Part shown: positions 57,762 through 64,000 of the stretch, piece by piece
How the letters are laid out: the number at the start of each line of letters is the position of its first letter
Position numbering within the stretch: the stretch's first letter is position 1
Origin: Patescibacteria group bacterium
GTDB lineage: Bacteria > Patescibacteriota > Minisyncoccia > Phycocordibacterales > Phycocordibacteraceae
Direction of reading: 5' to 3'
Assembly (NCBI GenBank): GCA_040388985.1
Contig: JAZKAU010000002.1
Coordinates: 247,642 to 311,641 of the forward strand
Length of the DNA stretch: 64,000 nt
The notes under the pieces: model-generated
The model's database searches: none
The model's input: only the letters and a program-made list of their open reading frames with translations
What the model was told of the DNA's origin: nothing
Position numbers and translations under genes: made by a program

Positions 57762-59066
57762 ATGCTTGCCATGGTGCTCTTGGTCGGTGTCGTTGGATTC
57801 GTCTCGATCTTTGCCGCAGGGGGAATCAAGAATCTCGTAGCGCTCGGCGGACCTCAGGTGGCAGCTGCAGCTTCATCTGACCTGTCATCGGCCGCTAATT
57901 TCGGTGTCCTTGCCGGTTCAGCTATAAGTGATGCGGGCGGTAGTACCGTAGTGGGAGATCTGGGACTCTCGCCGACGACCGGTGCAGCCATTACGGGAAT
58001 ATTGGCTGCGCAAGTAACGGGCACCATATATGATGTTGACGGCACGGGTCCGCTCGGAACCGTCCAGAATCCTGGACTCTTGACTGTCGCTCAGAGCGAC
58101 CTCTCCAGCGCCTACAATGCTATTGCCAGCCAGACTCTGGATGCGAGCATCTCTGGAATCGGCGGCGGGCAGACACTGACTCCCGGCGTCTATAATTCGG
58201 CATCTTCCATCTCATTCAACGGGTCGCTCACGCTTGATGCGGGTGGCGACGCTAATGCGGTCTTCATATTCCAAGCAGGCTCGACGCTTACGACCGGTTC
58301 CGCAAGCACTGTCATCTTGGCGGGCAACGCCCAGGCTTGCAACGTATTCTGGCAGGTCGGAAGCTCCGCGACGCTTGGTACCGGCTCTACGTTCAAGGGG
58401 ACCATACTGGCGATGGATTCGATCACGGATAACGGCGGTTCCACCGTTGAAGGACGGCTCCTCGCGAGGAATGCTGCAGTTAGTTTAAATAATACACACA
58501 TTGTAGTACCTGGTTGCTCACATCCTCCGGCCTTCGCTACCTTGCACATCATAAAAGTAATCGCGAACACCAACGGTACGGGTACGTCGACTCCATCGGA
58601 TTTCATGCTTCACGTCCTTCACTCCGGTACTGATGTCGTTGGGAGCCCGCAGGTCGGTAGTACGTCACCGGGCACATCGTACTCAGTCGCCGCCGGCTCC
58701 TACACGGTAACCGAAGACCCAGGTGCCCTCTATACGCAGAGTTTCAGCGGTGATTGCGACGCGACCGGCGCGGTTACGCTTGCCGCAGGCGCTTCTAAGA
58801 ATTGTACGGTTACGAATACCGATATCGCCGCACTTTCGACGTCGACTCCTTCAACTCCCTCGACTTCTACTCCCCCGACGTCCGATGTAGGTACTTCAGG
58901 TGGGGGAGGGCACCGCCGACCTGTATCCGAGTCGATACCAACTGCTACGACGACCCCAGTCACCTCTGTCACTACAGATACGGCTCCAACTACGTCGACA
59001 CCGGTCTACTATCCCGTCACTTCGCCCAGCTTCCCGGACACGGGATTCCCGCCTCGAGGAAAGTAG
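57762..59066 (+). CDS. secreted DUF3494 (ice-binding-like) beta-helix protein with Thr/Pro/Ser-rich C-terminal linker
   Basis: Signal peptide; DUF3494 pattern TLTPGVY...LTLDAGGDANAVFIFQAGSTLTT...NVFWQVGSSATLG...FKGTILA; C-terminus ends SFPDTGFPPRGK. Confidence 0.7.
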   Translation: MLAMVLLVGVVGFVSIFAAGGIKNLVALGGPQVAAAASSDLSSAANFGVLAGSAISDAGGSTVVGDLGLSPTTGAAITGILAAQVTGTIYDVDGTGPLGTVQNPGLLTVAQSDLSSAYNAIASQTLDASISGIGGGQTLTPGVYNSASSISFNGSLTLDAGGDANAVFIFQAGSTLTTGSASTVILAGNAQACNVFWQVGSSATLGTGSTFKGTILAMDSITDNGGSTVEGRLLARNAAVSLNNTHIVVPGCSHPPAFATLHIIKVIANTNGTGTSTPSDFMLHVLHSGTDVVGSPQVGSTSPGTSYSVAAGSYTVTEDPGALYTQSFSGDCDATGAVTLAAGASKNCTVTNTDIAALSTSTPSTPSTSTPPTSDVGTSGGGGHRRPVSESIPTATTTPVTSVTTDTAPTTSTPVYYPVTSPSFPDTGFPPRGK

Positions 59067-59074
59067 CTAATGCA

Positions 59075-59677
59075 ATGCTCTTGAATGTACGGCCACTATA
59101 CGCAAGGGCTACCCTAGTAGTCGCAGGAGTACTCATTTGCTCGGCTCTTGTCTTCATCGCGCACGGATTATTTCACACCCGCGCCTCGGGAATAGGACCC
59201 CTATCGTTCGCGACCCTATTGGGTCAGCTCAGGTCACAACCACCTAGTCGTCTCATCATTCCGAAGATACAGGTCAATGCACCCGTTGAAAGTATCGGAC
59301 TAACGGCTGCAGGAGCACTGGGTGTCCCGGTGAAGCCTCGAGATGCCGCTTGGTCGAGTGCCGGGCCCCTGCCTGGAGCACCAGGTGTAGCCATTATTAC
59401 TGGACACTTCGGATGGAAGGAGGATGTCCCGGCAGTATTTGATGACCTGCACACTTTGCAGATAGGAGATAGGATATATCTCGAAAATAGTATCGGCATT
59501 ACCACGACGTTCGTCGTGCGTGCCGTACGGTCATACGGCGAACACGACAGTACGACGGGATTGTTTATATCTGACGATGGTCAAGCGCATCTCAGCCTCA
59601 TCACCTGCGATGGCGACTGGAACGCGCTTGAAAAGAGCTACTCAAGACGGCTCGTCGTCTTTGCGGATAAGGAATAA
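59075..59677 (+). CDS. sortase (class E/F-like)
   Basis: N-terminal TM helix; catalytic His in ITGHFGW and Cys in LSLITCDG; conserved Arg downstream. ATG at 59075, after the upstream stop. Confidence 0.75.
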   Translation: MLLNVRPLYARATLVVAGVLICSALVFIAHGLFHTRASGIGPLSFATLLGQLRSQPPSRLIIPKIQVNAPVESIGLTAAGALGVPVKPRDAAWSSAGPLPGAPGVAIITGHFGWKEDVPAVFDDLHTLQIGDRIYLENSIGITTTFVVRAVRSYGEHDSTTGLFISDDGQAHLSLITCDGDWNALEKSYSRRLVVFADKE

Positions 59678-59746
59678 TAGCAGCACGAGCGAGAGACTTC
59701 CGACGGGAGAGTGATAGAATATAGCCATTATTCCTCACATTTTCCT

Positions 59747-60241
59747 ATGAAAATATCGACGATACTCACCACCATCGTAGCTATTGCAATCATCGCGGGG
59801 GTTGTCTGGTATCTGGCACGGCCTGCAGGCGTGCCGACCTATACGCCGGACACCTCGTCTCCGACTTCAGCCTTGCCAACGACGCAGACAAGCGTTCAGT
59901 CGACGACCACCACTACGACCGTCACTCCGGCCGCGCAGACCGGAGCAAAGATAGTACCGGCTCCTAAGAGCTTCGCCGTGAACGGCAATGATGCGACTGC
60001 GGACGTGAAGACCATTACGGTCGCAGCCGGAACTCCCGTTACTATCACGTTCGGCGCGGACGCCGGAACTACCTATCACGGCGGTCTCGACTTCCGCAGT
60101 TCGATCGTTTCTACCGGCACCATCGCTCCGGGAAGCACAAAGAGCGTATCGTTCACTGCGACTCACTCGTTCTCCTTCACCCCGTACTGGCCGGCGACGA
60201 ATATCGCGAAGCCGTATACGATTGATGTTGTCGTTAAATAA
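59747..60241 (+). CDS. membrane-anchored hypothetical protein (possible cupredoxin-like beta-sandwich)
   Basis: TM helix, Thr-rich linker, beta-rich C-terminus with a YHGG motif. Confidence 0.5.
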   Translation: MKISTILTTIVAIAIIAGVVWYLARPAGVPTYTPDTSSPTSALPTTQTSVQSTTTTTTVTPAAQTGAKIVPAPKSFAVNGNDATADVKTITVAAGTPVTITFGADAGTTYHGGLDFRSSIVSTGTIAPGSTKSVSFTATHSFSFTPYWPATNIAKPYTIDVVVK

Positions 60242-60263
60242 GAGATAGTAGAAGAACACAAAA

Positions 60264-60296
60264 GAAACAGGGCCCGCCGAAGGCGGGCCCTGTTTC
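60264..60296. terminator. bidirectional rho-independent terminator
   Basis: GAAACAGGGCCCGCC gaa GGCGGGCCCTGTTTC with T-rich tails on both strands. Confidence 0.8.
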
Positions 60297-60318
60297 TTTT
60301 GTGTTCTTCGAAACGAGA

Positions 60319-60543
60319 TTACTTCGAGCCGCACATCCGGCACGCCTGCTTGTGGTTGACGAGGAGATAAAGCGCCGAAAGTCCGACGAGAACGTAGACG
60401 ATCCATTCGACTACCGGTGCTGATCCGAGGATCATGTGTACGACGTTCCAGTCGCCGCCTGCGAAGCCGCCGAGGCCGATGAGTCCCCAGTTGAGGCCGC
60501 CGATGATGAGTAATATGAACGAGATCATGTGGAGTGCTTTCAT
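60319..60543 (-). CDS. DUF378-like small membrane protein
   Basis: 74 aa; two TM helices with GGLNWGLIGL; C-terminal CRMCGS. Confidence 0.55.
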   Translation of the reverse strand: MKALHMISFILLIIGGLNWGLIGLGGFAGGDWNVVHMILGSAPVVEWIVYVLVGLSALYLLVNHKQACRMCGSK

Positions 60544-60718
60544 GTAGTGAAGGGCAAGCGATAGTGGTTACTAATAGTGCTGCCGCTCCCATAAGTATCG
60601 CTCCTTTGCGTCAAATGAAAAGGAGCGTACGTGCGTAAGTCCGAGCCCTCCGGACCGTCTCAATTGTAGTAGAATTACCATAGTAACTGGTTTGTTTCAC
60701 TAGCTCACCACCCATCAC

Positions 60719-61789
60719 ATGGCCAATACCTCTATTGTTCGTTTTGGCAGCGCATTCCTGCTCATACTACTATTGGCTGCGTCCGCAGGCGTGCCTGCGG
60801 CGCATGCCGCTACGCGTACTAACCGTACGAATCCGTACTTCAACTACTGGACAGGTACCTCTGAAGGCGGGGTCAGCAGTACGACGCTTGATCGCGGCAC
60901 AAGCCGCCGGGGCATGAGTTCGGCGATGATGAAAGCCATAGCCGCGCTCGACAAGGATCCTGTAGAACAGCTGCCGATACCGGTACTGCTCGGCGTCCCG
61001 CTCTCAAGCATCTCCCCTAACTTCGGTGATCCGCGTGATGGCGGCGCCCGTACGCACGAAGGTGAGGATATCCTTGCCCCACTCGACGATTACATCGTTT
61101 CCCCCACCGATGCAGTGGTCACCTCGACGGGCAATGGAGTAAGCGCCGGCAATTATGTCTATACGGCGAACCCGGGCGGCGAGACCTATGCTTACATGCA
61201 TCTCGATAAGTTCGCGAAGAATCTGAAAGTCGGTACGGTCCTTACGGAAGGCGATCTCATCGGCTATGTCGGCAACACGGGCGACGCTGCTGGAGGTCCG
61301 ACGCATCTCCACTTCGAGATTCGCGACGGTAAAACAGCCACCGACCCGTTCCCGCGCCTTGCGCGCGAGTTCACGCTCAGCGAGCGTATCGATGCGGTGA
61401 CAACAGCGCTGAAGGGTGCAGATGACGAAGATGCCGACGCGCAGACGCTCGTTGCAAATTACCGTCCTACCTTCCTCGCTGCGCGCGCCGCAGGTACCAA
61501 GCTCCCGTCATCCATAGAGGACGCGCTCGGCAAGCCCGCGGTGATCACGTCCGGAAGTTTCGCGCGCGACCTCACCATAGGCTCGCGCGGCGATGACGTT
61601 GCTGCGCTCCAGCAGATACTTATCGCAAGCGCGAGCGGGCCGCAGGCAAGCGCGCTCGCTACCGCCGGCGCCACCGGGTACTTCGGTGCGCTCACGCAGG
61701 CGGCGCTCGCCGAATATCAGGCCGCCCATGGCATCAGTCCGGCAGCCGGCTACTTCGGCCCGCTTACGCGTGCACGGATAGTCGCATAG
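60719..61789 (+). CDS. M23-family metallopeptidase with C-terminal PG_binding_1 domain
   Basis: HxxxD (HEGEDI) and HLHFE motifs; C-terminal GATGYFGALTQAALAEYQ. Confidence 0.85.
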   Translation: MANTSIVRFGSAFLLILLLAASAGVPAAHAATRTNRTNPYFNYWTGTSEGGVSSTTLDRGTSRRGMSSAMMKAIAALDKDPVEQLPIPVLLGVPLSSISPNFGDPRDGGARTHEGEDILAPLDDYIVSPTDAVVTSTGNGVSAGNYVYTANPGGETYAYMHLDKFAKNLKVGTVLTEGDLIGYVGNTGDAAGGPTHLHFEIRDGKTATDPFPRLAREFTLSERIDAVTTALKGADDEDADAQTLVANYRPTFLAARAAGTKLPSSIEDALGKPAVITSGSFARDLTIGSRGDDVAALQQILIASASGPQASALATAGATGYFGALTQAALAEYQAAHGISPAAGYFGPLTRARIVA

Positions 61790-61863
61790 CGCGACGCCTC
61801 GGCTGAATCGTGCCAGCTACCGTATCTTAAGGCACGGCTAGCTAGAAGGAGTATGATAGGGAA

Positions 61864-63162
61864 GTGTTTTCTACTCTGCGCACATTCGCTCACGGTCACG
61901 TCCGCCTGCTCGCCGTTCTGGCATGTATCGGCATACTCGCCGTCGCATTCTTCTTCTATGTCGCGCTCTTCGTCCATACCGGGACGCCGGCCCCGATCTC
62001 GCTAGATGGAGAACTCGTAGCGGGTACGCCCGGCTTCGTGAAGACCTTCTCGAACGTGACCAATAGCCCTATCGAGCAGGGAAGCCCGGTAAGCATACTT
62101 AATAACGGCGCGGCCTTCGTTCCGGACTTGATCACGGAGATACAGCACGCATCAAGCACCATCGATTTCAGTACCTATATATGGGAGGACGGCACCTTCA
62201 GCGTACGCGTGCTTGAGGCGCTTACGGCTGCGGCGCGGCGCGGCGTCGTCGTCCGACTCCTCTTGGATGGCATCTCAGGCAGTCCTCCGGAGAAAGAGCG
62301 CGCAGAGCTCGTGACCGCCGGCGGGCATGCCGCAGTCTTCCACTCCGTCTTTGATGATCCGTTCTCAGCCGATAATCGCAATCATCGCCGGGCCATCGTC
62401 ATAGATAATCGCGTCGGCTATATCGGCGGCATAGCTATTGCTGACTCGTGGCTCGGGAACGGCAAGAAGAAGGACGAATGGCGCGATACAATGTTCAAGC
62501 TCACCGGCACGATGGCGCAGAGCCTCGACCGCTCCTTCGTCGACCAATGGCTCGACACGACGGGAGAGATCATCACGGCCCCTCAACCGGTCTCGAATGT
62601 CGCACCCCCTACCAATACCTTCGTCGAAGTCGTGGGGTCAGCAGGTGATAAGAACCGGCCTATAGCAGCAAGCTTCTTACTCACTGCGTTATCTGCGCAG
62701 AAGTCCCTCTACATCACGAATCCGTATGTATTTCCGGATAATGCGCTCCGTGATGTGCTCGAAGAGAAGGCGAAGAGCGGGGTAGACGTGCGCATCCTCG
62801 TTCCGGGCCCTAACACTGACGGACCGGTCGTCCGCTGGGCCTCGCAATATTATTATCAGGATCTCCTCGACGCTGGCGTACGGATATACGAGTATCAGCC
62901 CACGCTCATGCATGAGAAGGCCATGGTTGCCGACGGCGTCTGGTCCCTTATAGGTTCCGCGAATATCGATAACCGTTCGGCAGAGCTGAACGACGAGAAC
63001 GTGATGGGCATACAAGATCCGTCGCTCGCGCATGCGCTTGTCGATACGTTCAATAGCGATCTCAAGAACTCAGCAGAGATAGGCGCGGACGCATGGCGCC
63101 ACCGGAGCATCCTTCACAGAGTCCTCTCCTGGGTCATGAGCATCCCGTTCAAGCAGTACTAA
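61864..63162 (+). CDS. cls: phospholipase D-family cardiolipin synthase
   Basis: Two HKD motifs (HRRAIVIDNRVGYIGG and HEKAMVADGVWSLIGSANIDNRS); N-terminal TM helices. Confidence 0.85.
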   Translation: MFSTLRTFAHGHVRLLAVLACIGILAVAFFFYVALFVHTGTPAPISLDGELVAGTPGFVKTFSNVTNSPIEQGSPVSILNNGAAFVPDLITEIQHASSTIDFSTYIWEDGTFSVRVLEALTAAARRGVVVRLLLDGISGSPPEKERAELVTAGGHAAVFHSVFDDPFSADNRNHRRAIVIDNRVGYIGGIAIADSWLGNGKKKDEWRDTMFKLTGTMAQSLDRSFVDQWLDTTGEIITAPQPVSNVAPPTNTFVEVVGSAGDKNRPIAASFLLTALSAQKSLYITNPYVFPDNALRDVLEEKAKSGVDVRILVPGPNTDGPVVRWASQYYYQDLLDAGVRIYEYQPTLMHEKAMVADGVWSLIGSANIDNRSAELNDENVMGIQDPSLAHALVDTFNSDLKNSAEIGADAWRHRSILHRVLSWVMSIPFKQY

Positions 63163-63176
63163 GATCGAGAAGAGGG

Positions 63177-63740
63177 CTACGGAGCCCGCGGCGAGAGCCG
63201 TCGCTTCGCGATGCGCCATTCGCGCGCGATAGAGTAGACCACGACGAGATCAAAGAGCGTGATACCGATAACGAAGATCGAATGCGCGATCGCTATCTGA
63301 TAGGCCTGATAGACGATGAAGGCACCGAGCACGATAAGCGAGACCGGATACGCCCAAAGCTTGCTCCTAAGGAGTCCCCAGACCAGCAAGCATTTGATGA
63401 GCCCGCGTGCGAGCAGATAGAGCGCCACGAACAGAGCTGCGCCGCTCCCGAAGCGGGTAAGCTCGCCGAGAATACGGATGATAAGCGGATTATCCGCATA
63501 TCCGAGCAGCCACGTGCCGGTGCCTTGCACGACACGGATGATGAGATCTTCCGGAATGGCGAGCAATACCAGGCCCGTGACGACTTCGGCAAGCGATATG
63601 ACGCCTTTGATGATGACGCTCCATTTGAAGAGCACATAGAGCGATCGCTCGTTCTCCCTGTGTTCCATCTTCACCGATTCATGCGCATCCATATATAGGT
63701 ACTGTAGCAGACCTAAGTCGATCTGAATCACTTCGGACAC
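63177..63740 (-). CDS. DUF2127-like membrane protein
   Basis: Four TM helices and no catalytic motif. Confidence 0.5.
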   Translation of the reverse strand: MSEVIQIDLGLLQYLYMDAHESVKMEHRENERSLYVLFKWSVIIKGVISLAEVVTGLVLLAIPEDLIIRVVQGTGTWLLGYADNPLIIRILGELTRFGSGAALFVALYLLARGLIKCLLVWGLLRSKLWAYPVSLIVLGAFIVYQAYQIAIAHSIFVIGITLFDLVVVYSIAREWRIAKRRLSPRAP

Positions 63741-63759
63741 GTGGTAAAATAACGCTTCT

Positions 63760-64000
63760 ATGATTCTGCAAGAGAAGAAGCCGATCCGCGCTTGGCCCGT
63801 AATCAGGGCCTACCTTAAGGCGATACGCAAATACCCAGCCCTTCTCGTAGGGGTATTCGTCTCAAGCATGATTCTGGAGGGCGCATCGATCATCGCACCG
63901 CTGTATCTGCGGGATCTTATCGATACTCTTTCTATCGGAGCGCGGACTCCGGGAGTCGTCTCGGTTCTGCTCGCTATCTTAGTGGTCTTTGCCGTGGTCA
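63760..64000 (+). CDS. ABC transporter transmembrane domain protein (5' partial; runs off window)
   Basis: MILQEKKPIRAWPVIRAYLKAIRKYPALLVGVFVSSMILEGASIIAPLYLRDLID is an MsbA-like N-terminus; no stop within the window. Confidence 0.5.
   Translation, partial: MILQEKKPIRAWPVIRAYLKAIRKYPALLVGVFVSSMILEGASIIAPLYLRDLIDTLSIGARTPGVVSVLLAILVVFAVV

Overview
This 64 kb window looks like a high-GC bacterial chromosome segment; GC content was judged by eye, not computed. Gene content is typical of CPR/Patescibacteria-like episymbionts: many peptidoglycan-binding surface proteins, a complete type IV pilus locus, a sortase, and a reduced core metabolism. This taxonomic call is an inference. Core genes are ftsH, recG, a malic enzyme, thrC, ligA, gatC and gatA, gdhA, mntH and cls. 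A 13 kb type IV pilus block runs pilM, pilN, pilO, pilB, a CheY-like receiver, pilT, pilC, two paralogous major pilins, pilD and four minor pilins. Three tRNA loci are present. tRNA-Ile has the unusual anticodon UAU. tRNA-Ser(GCU) sits next to an inverted copy of its own 3' end. An initiator tRNA-fMet is interrupted by a 267-nt group I intron showing the P, Q, R and S core motifs. A partial direct copy of this tRNA's 3' end lies 2.7 kb downstream and brackets a gene for a GLUG-repeat surface protein. Low-GC accessory patches lie at 2.2-7.0 kb, 10.9-11.6 kb, 21.4-22.1 kb, 26.3-27.0 kb and 46.5-47.6 kb. The first of these contains a three-copy 29-bp repeat family. Two intergenic elements, at 26.1 kb and 36.3 kb, share sequence blocks and a hairpin whose stem covaries; they may be an undescribed non-coding RNA or miniature mobile element. 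Other points are a 44-bp perfect direct repeat pair upstream of a DUF3494-sortase operon, an ECF-sigma-linked FMN-binding/ApbE/membrane flavoprotein module, and a P-loop kinase translationally coupled to thrC. Many long ORFs lying antisense to real genes are high-GC artefacts and were rejected. All calls rest on motif recognition by eye; no database searches were run.
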